From NCBI GenBank assembly GCA_964551345.1, contig CAZKDQ010000004.1:12036-55276 (forward strand): 43,241 nt of DNA, written 5' to 3'. The notes under the pieces are model-generated. The model was given only the letters and a program-made list of their open reading frames with translations, searched no databases and was not told the origin of the DNA. Below, piece after piece: positions 34,384-43,219 of this stretch. The DNA is from an uncultured Rhodothermales bacterium (GTDB lineage: Bacteria; Bacteroidota; Rhodothermia; Rhodothermales; CAZKDQ01). Position numbers and translations under genes: made by a program. Every line of letters begins with the position of its first letter. Position 1 is the first letter of the stretch.

Positions 34384-35558
34384 TCATCAACCGAACCCAC
34401 CGCATACTGATCGTCGTCGCGGTCCTTGCGGGCGTTCATGTCTTGTGGGGATGCAACGAGCCGGCCGATTCGTCGGATACTTCGCTCGATGTGGCAGCAG
34501 CGCTTTCCACCGACACAAGTGGCTATGCGCGTGCGGATCGGCCGCGTGCGTTCGTGTTTCCGGAGGATCACGGACCGCATCCCGAGTACCGGACCGAGTG
34601 GTGGTATTATACCGGCAATCTTGTGGATGAAGCCGGTCGGCGTTTCGGATATCAGTTTACGATCTTCCGAACGTCGCTTCGTCCGCCTGACGAGAGTGTC
34701 GTTGGGGATGGATCGTGGGCAACGGACCAGCTCTTCATGGCGCACTTCGCTGTCTCGGATGTGCAGCGTGATGTGATCGTGGCCGAGGAACGCTTCAGCC
34801 GTAGATCTGCGGGACTGGCCGGAGCGCGCGCCCATCCCTATCAAGTATGGCTTGAGGATTGGAGCGTTTCCGCACTCGACTCGTCGTTCAATCATCAACA
34901 GATTCTAGCATCGGCGGATGATCTCTCGCTCGAACTCCAGCTCGAGGCATCGAAGCCGATCGTACTGCACGGCGCCGGCGGCTGGGATCGCAAAGGTCCC
35001 AATCCCGGAGATGCATCCTACTATTATACCGTAACTCGTTGGTCGACCACAGGCACGATCAGCGTCGGAGGCAGTCGTTTCAATGTTACGGGCACGAGCT
35101 GGCTGGATCGCGAGTGGAGCACGAGCGTGCTCGGCGAAGACATCCGCGGGTGGGACTGGTTTGCCCTTCAACTGGACGATGGACGCGACATCATGTACTA
35201 CCAGCTTCGTGACGAGGAAGGCGAGCCAACGGATTACTCCGGTGGTGTGCTCATCGATGAGGAAGGCGCGCGCCGGCCCTTCACTCATGAGGAGTCAACG
35301 CTCGAGGCGAGAGACGAATGGGAGAGCCCACTCGGTGGCACGTATCCTTCCGGATGGCGCCTGCGTGCTCCACATCTTGACATCGACCTGATCATTGAGC
35401 CGGTGATGGAGCACCAGGAGCTGGATTTTGCTGTGCGATACTGGGAGGGTGCCGTTGATGTAGCTGGAATGGTTGAGGGAACGGACGTGCAGGGCGTTGG
35501 ATACGTCGAGCTCACAGGTTACGCCGAGGCCGCGCGTTCGCGGTTGTCCCGACACTGA
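34380..35558 (+). CDS. AttH-like lipoprotein (CrtC/hydroxyneurosporene-synthase-like plus lipocalin-like domain)
   Basis: Start at ATG 34380 (ATGA overlap with the permease stop). Lipobox VLWGC. FPEDHGPHPEYRTEWWYYTGNL is the AttH/CrtC N-terminal signature. WLDREWS follows. Confidence 0.85.
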   Translation: MIINRTHRILIVVAVLAGVHVLWGCNEPADSSDTSLDVAAALSTDTSGYARADRPRAFVFPEDHGPHPEYRTEWWYYTGNLVDEAGRRFGYQFTIFRTSLRPPDESVVGDGSWATDQLFMAHFAVSDVQRDVIVAEERFSRRSAGLAGARAHPYQVWLEDWSVSALDSSFNHQQILASADDLSLELQLEASKPIVLHGAGGWDRKGPNPGDASYYYTVTRWSTTGTISVGGSRFNVTGTSWLDREWSTSVLGEDIRGWDWFALQLDDGRDIMYYQLRDEEGEPTDYSGGVLIDEEGARRPFTHEESTLEARDEWESPLGGTYPSGWRLRAPHLDIDLIIEPVMEHQELDFAVRYWEGAVDVAGMVEGTDVQGVGYVELTGYAEAARSRLSRH

Positions 35559-35562
35559 TCAA

Positions 35563-36030
35563 ATGCAGCTTCCGACCCTCACACTTCCTGGTATTCAGCC
35601 GCATCTTCGCGATGAGGGGGCAGGACGCTACGGGATCCGATGTCCGGTGCGCCAGAAATTCGTCGCCCTCACACCTGAAGAATGGGTGCGCCAGCACGTG
35701 ATAGGATATCTGACGGCGCATCGGGGGTACCCGCAGTCGCTACTCGCCGTTGAACGTGGCTTCCGCTATCAGGAGATGCCGTGGCGGGCGGATATCGTGG
35801 CTTACGATCGGCAGGCGCGGGCGGTGCTCCTCGTTGAGTGCAAGGCGCCGGAAGTCGCAATCCGGCAGGCGACGTTCGAGCAAGCCGGGCGGTACAACCT
35901 CGTCGTCGGGGCGACGCACGTTGCGGTCTCCAACGGACTCGAACACTACTGCTTCAGAGTCGACTTCGAGAACGGCAAGACGGAATTCCTCAGCGACATC
36001 CCGCACTTCCGAGAGCTCACGCTCGAATGA
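35563..36030 (+). CDS. Stand-alone HsdR_N-like PD-(D/E)xK domain protein
   Basis: 155 aa from ATG 35563. EEWVRQHVIGYL......ADIVAYD....VLLVECKAP gives the D...ExK nuclease-fold motif typical of 'type I restriction enzyme HsdR N-terminal domain' singletons. It starts 4 nt after the AttH-like stop. Confidence 0.75.
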   Translation: MQLPTLTLPGIQPHLRDEGAGRYGIRCPVRQKFVALTPEEWVRQHVIGYLTAHRGYPQSLLAVERGFRYQEMPWRADIVAYDRQARAVLLVECKAPEVAIRQATFEQAGRYNLVVGATHVAVSNGLEHYCFRVDFENGKTEFLSDIPHFRELTLE

Positions 36031-36041
36031 AAGGCCGGCGC

Positions 36042-36356
36042 TCAGTTGAACCTGATGCCTTTGTCTGACCAGCCTTCGTCGATGACCTCGAGGTCTTGCA
36101 CGGCGAACCAGCCTTCGTTTTCCGTTCCGGCCGAGTTCTTATACGGCACTGGCTCACCATCCTGATCTTTCCCCGGCTCGATGTCGACGAGATAAGCCAG
36201 GTCCTTTTTCATCTCGTTGCCGGCTGCATCCTGGCCCACGGGGACGTCCGAGGCTACGTCCGCCACGCGGCCGACAAGCGTTCCGAGCAAAATGCCGCCG
36301 TGCGTGTAGAGGTGCACACGTACCTGTTTACCGACCAGGTTGTAGTTCGTGGACAT
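36042..36356 (-). CDS. Small hypothetical protein
   Basis: 104 aa from ATG 36356 (MSTNYNLVGKQVRVHLYTHGGILLGTLVGRVADV...). It lies 29 nt downstream of the aminotransferase stop on the same strand. I recognise no family. The longer start at 36419 would overlap the aminotransferase. Confidence 0.5.
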   Translation of the reverse strand: MSTNYNLVGKQVRVHLYTHGGILLGTLVGRVADVASDVPVGQDAAGNEMKKDLAYLVDIEPGKDQDGEPVPYKNSAGTENEGWFAVQDLEVIDEGWSDKGIRFN

Positions 36357-36385
36357 TGTTTGCTGCGTTCTTCGGTTCGGAATGT

Positions 36386-37561
36386 TTAGCGGCCGAATGC
36401 ACTTCGAAGTTGCCGGCACGCCTGTTCAAGAGTCGGTAGTTCTTTGGCGAAGCAGAAGCGCAGCAGGGACTTCCCGTCCACGGGATCCTGGAAAAACGAG
36501 TTGCCTGGAATCGTCGCTACGCCTGCTTGTGTGATGAGCGTCTCGCTCGCCTCCCGGTCATCGCCGAAGCCGGCGAAGCGTTCCCGCATCGGCTCAAAAT
36601 CAGCCAGAATATAATAGGCTCCTTCGGGGCGCCGAAAGCTGAATCCGATTTCCTCCAGCGTCTCCGACAGCAGGGCCCGCCGTTCAGCGTAATCCTTTCG
36701 GAGATTGTCGATGTACGCGTCTCCCATCGAAAACGCATGTGCAACGCCGTATTGAAGCGGCGTTGGTGCGCAGATGTAGAACAGGTCGTTCAGCAGCCCC
36801 ATCCGCTCGACGACGTGCTCCGGTCCAACGGCGTATCCGAGGCGCCATCCGGTCATGTTGTACGTTTTCGAGAAGCCCGAGATGGTGACTGTGCGCTCGA
36901 AGGCTTCCGGAAGCGAGGCGGGAGATACGTGCTCGTGCCCGTCATACGTCATGTACTCGTAGATCTCATCCGAAATAATGATGAGGTCATTGCGGGTTGC
37001 AATCGTGAGGAGACGCGTCAACTCGTCACGCGTCCACACCTTGCCTGACGGATTCGTCGGCGTGTTCAGGATGATGACGCGTGTCCGATCGTTGATTGCG
37101 TTCTCCAGCGCATCAAAATCGACCGATCCATCATCCGGTGCAACGTGAACGAAGCGGCAGGTCGCCCCGGTGAGGCGGATGATGTTGAGATGATAGCCAT
37201 AGAACGGTTCGAAGAGGATGGCTTCGTCGCCGGGATCGAGCAGCGCAAAAACCGCCGCCACGAATGCGCCGGTGGAGCCCGAGCTTACCATCACTTCATC
37301 CGCTGACGAGGCGGGAATCCGGTTGAACGCTTGCGCCTTTTCGAGTATCGCCTCGCGCAGACGCCGGATGCCCGCGTAGCTGGAGTAAATCGACCGATCC
37401 TCGTCAATCGCCTGCTTTGCACCGCGCTTGATGGGCTCGGGCGTGGGCAGGTCGCAGATCCCCTGGCCGAGGTTGATGCCGTCGACGGCGTTCACCATCT
37501 GCGTGACCGCGCGTATGTCGCTCTGCCTCAATCCGTCGAGGCGCCTGGAGAAGCTTTGCAT
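36386..37561 (-). CDS. Class I/II PLP-dependent aminotransferase (YbdL/kynurenine-aminotransferase-like)
   Basis: 391 aa from ATG 37561: INLGQGICDLP, NPSGKV, the SGFSKTYNMTGWRLGY block with the PLP lysine, and LRFCFAK. The ORF-track extension to 37819 overlaps the divergent deaminase gene. Confidence 0.9.
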   Translation of the reverse strand: MQSFSRRLDGLRQSDIRAVTQMVNAVDGINLGQGICDLPTPEPIKRGAKQAIDEDRSIYSSYAGIRRLREAILEKAQAFNRIPASSADEVMVSSGSTGAFVAAVFALLDPGDEAILFEPFYGYHLNIIRLTGATCRFVHVAPDDGSVDFDALENAINDRTRVIILNTPTNPSGKVWTRDELTRLLTIATRNDLIIISDEIYEYMTYDGHEHVSPASLPEAFERTVTISGFSKTYNMTGWRLGYAVGPEHVVERMGLLNDLFYICAPTPLQYGVAHAFSMGDAYIDNLRKDYAERRALLSETLEEIGFSFRRPEGAYYILADFEPMRERFAGFGDDREASETLITQAGVATIPGNSFFQDPVDGKSLLRFCFAKELPTLEQACRQLRSAFGR

Positions 37562-37619
37562 GAGTTTACCTGAGAAGTCGCTCCTGTGTATGTTGCGTTT
37601 GGTCGAATATATCGGGTCG

Positions 37620-38096
37620 ATGAATACGATGGAAGCAGAGTTCATGCGCCGGGTGATCCGGCAGGCCGGTGAAAACGCGATCGCAGGTCGAGGTGGTCCG
37701 TTTGCCGCGGTCGTGGTGAAAGACGGGGAGATCGTTGCTGAAGGCACAAACCGCGTCACGAGCGACAACGATCCTACGGCACACGCCGAGGTCGTGGCGA
37801 TCCGCAACGCCTGCCGCAATCTCGACGTCTTCCAACTTGACGATTGTGATCTCTATACGAGCTGCGAGCCATGCCCGATGTGCCTCGGCGCAATCTACTG
37901 GGCGCGCCCGCGGCGAGTCTTTTACGCAGCAACGCAGCAGGATGCGGCGGAGGCAGGCTTCGATGACGCCTTCATCTATGAGGAAATCGCGCGGGATCCA
38001 TCCGAAAGACGAATTCCGATGGAGCGCGTGCTACCGGAGGAGGCGACGAAGCCGTTCGACACGTGGCGAGAATTGCAGGACCGCATCGAATACTGA
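37620..38096 (+). CDS. CDA-fold nucleoside/guanine deaminase (GuaD-like)
   Basis: About 158 aa from ATG 37620. Zinc motifs HAEVVAI and CEPCPMCLGAIYWA are present, with GGPFAAVVVKDGEIVAEGTN as in guanine deaminases. An alternative ATG lies at 37629. Confidence 0.85.
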   Translation: MNTMEAEFMRRVIRQAGENAIAGRGGPFAAVVVKDGEIVAEGTNRVTSDNDPTAHAEVVAIRNACRNLDVFQLDDCDLYTSCEPCPMCLGAIYWARPRRVFYAATQQDAAEAGFDDAFIYEEIARDPSERRIPMERVLPEEATKPFDTWRELQDRIEY

Positions 38097-38228
38097 GTGA
38101 CCAGGCGGGCGCTATCAGTCGGCCGTAGCGTCCTCAGCGAAGACTCTGCTCGCCACGTGATTGCGCGTAGTCAAGTCTAAACGCCGTCGATAATGATGCT
38201 ATGTACGCCTTGATGCGGCGCTGCGCAG

Positions 38229-38987
38229 TCATTTGATCCGGTCTGGATACGTTTCACGAAGAAGGGCCCGCGCCAGCACACGGGTAGGATCTATGATCGG
38301 AAGCCCGCTGAGACGAGTCTCGGTAACGGCCAGCGGCAGTTCCGTGCAGCCGAGAACGACGGCTTCGGCTCCCTTCTCCTTCAGATGCTGAATCGATTGA
38401 ATGAGGGCATCTCTCGCGATGGATGAGACGGGGTTGCTCTGTGCCTTGATGCCGTGCGGCGGCTCGAAGATTGTCTGGTTGATCAGCCCATCCTGTACCG
38501 ACTCATCCGGCAGAACGGCCGTGAGACCTGCTTCGGTGATGGCATCCGTGTAGAGCCCGAGCCGGTAGGTCGCGAAGGTAGAAAGGACGCCCACGTTCGT
38601 CGTCCCATTCATTTCGTGCGCGACGAACGCCACCGTTTCCGCGACGATGTGAAGGATGCGCGTGTGCGATCCCGCGGCCGCGAGTCGATCCGTCAGATCA
38701 TCGAAGATGGCCGGTGCGTGTGCGGTATTGCAGGGCATGCCGATGACCGTGGCGCCAAGCCGCTCCAGTTGCTGCGCAATATCTGTCAGTACCGGTACCG
38801 GGCTCTCGCCGCCGCGCAGCAGGTGCTCGCTTCGATCAGGGATGCGGCCAGGAAAAGAGAGCAGGGCGACCGGGACGTGTTCCTGATCTCGCGAGGCGCG
38901 CGTTTCATCTAAGATTTTGCGCACGAGGTCCAGCCCCGCGTACGGGCCCATTCCTCCAATTACACCTATAATCGGATCTTTCGGCAT
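38229..38987 (-). CDS. Aspartate/glutamate racemase family protein (aspartate racemase-like)
   Basis: 252 aa: IGVIGGMGPYAG, with the two catalytic Cys blocks GMPCNTAHA and VLGCTELPL. Confidence 0.88.
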   Translation of the reverse strand: MPKDPIIGVIGGMGPYAGLDLVRKILDETRASRDQEHVPVALLSFPGRIPDRSEHLLRGGESPVPVLTDIAQQLERLGATVIGMPCNTAHAPAIFDDLTDRLAAAGSHTRILHIVAETVAFVAHEMNGTTNVGVLSTFATYRLGLYTDAITEAGLTAVLPDESVQDGLINQTIFEPPHGIKAQSNPVSSIARDALIQSIQHLKEKGAEAVVLGCTELPLAVTETRLSGLPIIDPTRVLARALLRETYPDRIK

Positions 38988-39290
38988 ATGTCCTGAGGTC
39001 GTGAGGGTTCAAGAGATCGTGAAGCTACGCATTGCGCGGCAATCCAAATGCAGCGGCCGAAAATCGTCGCAACGCGGCCGCGGAAAGTCGATCCAAGGTT
39101 GGACAACATGATGTTATTGACTAATTTCCTAGAAGCGTACCCTCTCGCGCCTGTCATCAATGGCATGATGGATTATGAATAGGATGACGTGCGCGGGGAG
39201 TCGCCGCCAGTAGCATTTCTTTCACTGGGCGGCCTGGTGATTGTTGAGGGGTTGTCGCGAGGATCTGGTCGGCCACATACTAATTCCACC

Positions 39291-41288
39291 ATGATCTCGC
39301 GTGCGACGTTTTTTCTCGCGACTATGTCTCTCTGTGCACTTCCGGGAATTGCGCAGAAGGCACCTCTCAAGTGGGGCGACATTCCCCACGAGCATCTAGA
39401 GATGACATCCTACCCGGCGGACACGAGCGCGTCGGCCGTCATTCTCTTCGATTATGCCGATGTCTATCATTCACAAGCCGGCGACCTTGTGCTGGATCGC
39501 CATCGCAGGATCAAGATCCTCGATGATGCCGGTCTGGATTACGGGACAGTTCTGCTGACTTATCGCGCCGAGAATCGGACATCCGGTATCAGGCGCGTGC
39601 GCGGGCAGACATTCAATGTTGATGAGTCGGGGAAGGTCACCCGAACACGGCTCGATTCGAAGTCAGTTTTCGATGACAAGCTAAGTGACGACTACGGGCA
39701 GATCCGGTTCACGCTGCCTCAATTGAAGGCGGGATCCGTAATTGAATACAGCTATCGCCAGCAGTTCGACGTTCCGTATATGGTGCCGACCTGGACGTTT
39801 CAGCATGGTGAGCCGGTGCTTTACAGTGAGTACCGAGTCAACATTCCGGATGTCTTTCGCTACGTCACGGCGACCAGAGGCGTCATTTTGGGGCGCCCGG
39901 AGGTGACGCGCACCACAGGTCCGCGGGGTAACGGGCAACTTTATCGCTGGGTAATGACCGACATTGCCGCTTTGCGTGAGGAACCCTTCATGACCACGCC
40001 TGCCGATTTTAGGGCAGCTATCGACTTCCAGCCGAGCGGCTTTCGCACATCGTTGGGCAATTTCCAGAGCATCATTACTACCTGGGATGACCTGGCTGAG
40101 CGCCTCATGAACCTTGACCTGTTCGGCAAGCAGATCAGTCGCCATCGAGCGGTGTCAGAGCTCGCGCACACGCTGACGTTCGGGATGGATCCGCCGCAGC
40201 AGGTCGCGGCCATCTATGATTACGTCAGCCAGAACATCGAATGGAACGGCTCGCTCGGAGGCTATGTGCCGGATCGCCAGCTCCCAGACGTCCTCAATAC
40301 CAAAACGGGCACGGCGGCCGAGATCAACATGCTGCTCCTGGCGATGCTCGTCGAGGCGGGAATTGAAGCTGATCCGGTTCTCATCTCGACGCGCGGTCAC
40401 GGTCAGATGCAGGACCTGTACCCGATTACCTCACAGTTCAACGCGCTCATCGTGCGCCTGCGAGTAGACGGAAGAACCATCTTCGCCGACGCCAGCAGCC
40501 GTCTGCGGCCCATCGATCTCCTGCCCTCACGCGCGCTCAACAACCGCGGCTGGATGGTGCGCGAATCGAATCCGCAGTGGGTCAGCATCCGGCCGACGGA
40601 CAAGTACCGGCGCACTGTCGTCGTGACAGGCGAGGTCGACGAGCAGGGTAATCTGGCGGGCGAGGTGGCGGCATCCCATTACGGGTACAGTGCCGTGTCG
40701 CAACGCGACTTCCTGCAGGAGAATGATCTGGAGGATTATTTCCGTCGGCGCGTCTTCCAGGACCTCGGCGATTTTCAGCTTTTCGACCTGGAGGTGGAGA
40801 GTCAGGACGATCTGACTGCACCCCTTGTGTTGAAGGCCAGGTTCGAAATACCGATGTATGCGATGGCTGCGGGAAAGATGTTGTACATGAACACGCAACT
40901 GTTCGAACGCGTGGCGGCCAATCCCTTGCGGCTGCCGGAGCGCAGTTTTCCCGTAGATATGACGTACCCGCGAGAGACGGTTTACAGCGCGCGATTCATC
41001 CTTCCCGAAGGTTATCAGATCATCGACCGGCCGCGCGATGTCAATCTCACTACGCCCAGGCGCGGAGCATCATTTGGACGAATGGTCCAGCAACAAGAAA
41101 ACGTGCTCATCGTGCAGTCGCGATTTACCATCGACCAGGTCGTATTCCAGCCGAGTGAGTACGGCGCCATTCGACAGGTTTATGCGGAAGTCGCTTCTGC
41201 GCACAACGATCAGGTGGTCCTGCGTCAGAGAGCCAATGAGGTTTCCGCCGCCGGTACGGACGTCGAGGTTGGAGGAGATAGCCGATGA
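39291..41288 (+). CDS. DUF3857 / transglutaminase-like / DUF3858-type secreted protein, catalytic residues substituted
   Basis: 665 aa from ATG 39291 with signal peptide MISRATFFLATMSLCALPGIAQ. It is colinear with the downstream paralogue. At the transglutaminase core it reads GTAAEINMLL and QFNALIV, where the paralogue reads GDCKALTNYM and QFNHAILMV. Confidence 0.8.
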   Translation: MISRATFFLATMSLCALPGIAQKAPLKWGDIPHEHLEMTSYPADTSASAVILFDYADVYHSQAGDLVLDRHRRIKILDDAGLDYGTVLLTYRAENRTSGIRRVRGQTFNVDESGKVTRTRLDSKSVFDDKLSDDYGQIRFTLPQLKAGSVIEYSYRQQFDVPYMVPTWTFQHGEPVLYSEYRVNIPDVFRYVTATRGVILGRPEVTRTTGPRGNGQLYRWVMTDIAALREEPFMTTPADFRAAIDFQPSGFRTSLGNFQSIITTWDDLAERLMNLDLFGKQISRHRAVSELAHTLTFGMDPPQQVAAIYDYVSQNIEWNGSLGGYVPDRQLPDVLNTKTGTAAEINMLLLAMLVEAGIEADPVLISTRGHGQMQDLYPITSQFNALIVRLRVDGRTIFADASSRLRPIDLLPSRALNNRGWMVRESNPQWVSIRPTDKYRRTVVVTGEVDEQGNLAGEVAASHYGYSAVSQRDFLQENDLEDYFRRRVFQDLGDFQLFDLEVESQDDLTAPLVLKARFEIPMYAMAAGKMLYMNTQLFERVAANPLRLPERSFPVDMTYPRETVYSARFILPEGYQIIDRPRDVNLTTPRRGASFGRMVQQQENVLIVQSRFTIDQVVFQPSEYGAIRQVYAEVASAHNDQVVLRQRANEVSAAGTDVEVGGDSR

Positions 41289-43219
41289 TGTTCTTCCGAT
41301 TCTTGCTGACCGCAATTCTTGCTTGCGCGCTGTCGACCTCCGTCTATGCGCAGTCGGTCTATCCCGGGGATCCCGATTACCGTGTGGATGCGGTCGACCC
41401 ACTGCTCCTGTCGGATGCCGGAGCCGTAGTGCGTGTGCATGAGGTGGAGTTTGATGTCTCCTCCACGAACCGCGCCGCGCAGCGGGTGCGACGCGTCGTG
41501 ACCATCTTCGATGCCGGAGGCAGAGATGCAGGAACGGCGGTGGTGCACTACGATGGCTTCCGGCGGCTCAAGCGCATCGATGCCAGCATACTGGATGCAT
41601 CGGGGAAGGTGGTGCGGAAGCTGAGGAAACGCGAGTTCAAGGACTACAGTGCGATTTCGGGGTTCTCGCTCTATGACGACAGCCGCGTTCGCGTCGCCGA
41701 GCTGCAGCATGATGCCTATCCCTACACGGTCGTCGTCGAGTACGAGATCGACCATCGCGGCTTCATCGGGTGGCCCCGCTGGTATCCGCTCGATTCAGAC
41801 GCTTCGGTCGAGTGGGCGCGCTTCGCTATCAGTGCGCCTGGCGACATGGCCGTGCGGTATCATCTTTCGGGTGATGTCACAGAACCGAGCGTAAGCGAAG
41901 GGTCCACTCATCGCAGTTACGAGTGGGTCGCACGAGACATCGTATATCAAAAACCCGAACCGCTGGGACCGCCGGCCTGGCGGCAGTATCCATCGGTGAT
42001 GGCCGCGCCGGACCGGTTCGAAATCGCGGGTCATGCGGGACGGATGGACACGTGGCGCGATTTTGGGCTCTGGTATCACCGGCTCTCTGAAGGAAGAGCA
42101 GAGCTTCCACAGTCGGTGGCCGACGTGGTCGATCAGATTCAGGCCGACGCCACATCACAACGCGATCTGGTTCGGAAGCTTTATGAGTTCATGCAGGACA
42201 ACACGCGCTACGTGAGCGTGCAGCTTGGCATCGGTGGGTGGCAGCCGTTCGACGTCGATTATGTCGTCGATCGTGGCTACGGCGACTGCAAGGCGCTAAC
42301 TAACTACATGTACGCCCTGCTGCGTTACGCCGAAATCCCGTCGCATCCGACGCTGATTCGCAGCGAACGATATCCCGATCGGCTCGTCCCGGAGTTTCCC
42401 GACAACCAGTTTAACCATGCAATCCTGATGGTGCCGATGGAGGAGGAGGGGGACACGCTGTGGTTGGAGACGACCGATCCCACCGCGCCTTTCGGACACA
42501 TCGGCGCGTCGAACGAGAATCGGTGGGCACTGGCCGTCGGCCCTGATGGAGGAGAACTCGTGCGGACGCCGAAGTCACCGCCACAGGCCAACCGGCAGTA
42601 TCGGACCGGCAAGGTGGAGATGGATGTGCTCGGCGCCGCGAAGGTCAACCTGGCGACAGTCTACACCGGCAATCAGCAGGATCGCATACGGCCTCTGGCG
42701 CGCGCTTCTCACCGAGACCGCGACGACTGGATCCACCACGCCCTCAACATCAGCGATTATCGTGTTTTGAATGCGGACTTCGCCGGCATTGGCATTCGTG
42801 CTCCAGAGGTGGGCCTGGCGGTCGAGCTCGACGTGCCGCGTTTCGCGACACGCGCGGGGGAACGATTCTTTTTCCAGCCGAACGTCATGGAGCGCCGGCG
42901 TTCCGTTCCCGTCTCCGTTGAGGAAAGGAAACAAGAGGTTTTCGCATCGGCGTACGGATACGTGGATATGGACTCCCTTCATTTCGTTCTTCCGACCGGA
43001 TATCAGATCGAAGCCGTGCCTCGGGACGTGATCCTCGAGGAGGATTTCGGCCGCTACGAGATGCGCATCACACCCACGGAGGACCAGGGGCTCACCTTTT
43101 TCAGACGTCTGGAAATTCGTGATTCGATTCTGCCACCGGACGCGTATGACGTCTACCGCACGTTCATTGACGGGATCGTCCGTGCTGATCGCTCGCAGAT
43201 AGTTCTCGTCAAACAATAG
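41285..43219 (+). CDS. DUF3857 / transglutaminase-like cysteine-protease-fold protein with an intact Cys-His-Asp
   Basis: 644 aa with signal peptide MMFFRFLLTAILACALSTSVYAQ. Transglutaminase core GYGDCKALTNYMYALL (Cys codon 42287-42289), NHAILMV and ETTD. ATGA overlap with the upstream paralogue. Confidence 0.85.
   Translation: MMFFRFLLTAILACALSTSVYAQSVYPGDPDYRVDAVDPLLLSDAGAVVRVHEVEFDVSSTNRAAQRVRRVVTIFDAGGRDAGTAVVHYDGFRRLKRIDASILDASGKVVRKLRKREFKDYSAISGFSLYDDSRVRVAELQHDAYPYTVVVEYEIDHRGFIGWPRWYPLDSDASVEWARFAISAPGDMAVRYHLSGDVTEPSVSEGSTHRSYEWVARDIVYQKPEPLGPPAWRQYPSVMAAPDRFEIAGHAGRMDTWRDFGLWYHRLSEGRAELPQSVADVVDQIQADATSQRDLVRKLYEFMQDNTRYVSVQLGIGGWQPFDVDYVVDRGYGDCKALTNYMYALLRYAEIPSHPTLIRSERYPDRLVPEFPDNQFNHAILMVPMEEEGDTLWLETTDPTAPFGHIGASNENRWALAVGPDGGELVRTPKSPPQANRQYRTGKVEMDVLGAAKVNLATVYTGNQQDRIRPLARASHRDRDDWIHHALNISDYRVLNADFAGIGIRAPEVGLAVELDVPRFATRAGERFFFQPNVMERRRSVPVSVEERKQEVFASAYGYVDMDSLHFVLPTGYQIEAVPRDVILEEDFGRYEMRITPTEDQGLTFFRRLEIRDSILPPDAYDVYRTFIDGIVRADRSQIVLVKQ

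Noticed and set aside
32071-34898. Minus-strand ORFs 32071-32826 and 34281-34898, and plus-strand ORF 33045-33644, inside the permease and AttH-like genes.
   Set aside because: They are alternative-frame or antisense ORFs within a continuous, motif-supported permease and lipoprotein reading frame. Their composition is Arg-rich.
37562-37819. N-terminal extension of the aminotransferase ORF (to 37819), and the upstream extension of the deaminase ORF (37428-37619).
   Set aside because: The two extensions overlap each other on opposite strands. The internal ATGs at 37561 and 37620 give full-length family-typical proteins with a 58-nt divergent intergenic region.
42575-43216. 213-aa minus-strand ORF antisense to the second transglutaminase-like gene.
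   Set aside because: It is a shadow ORF. The plus-strand gene has a signal peptide and an intact catalytic core.
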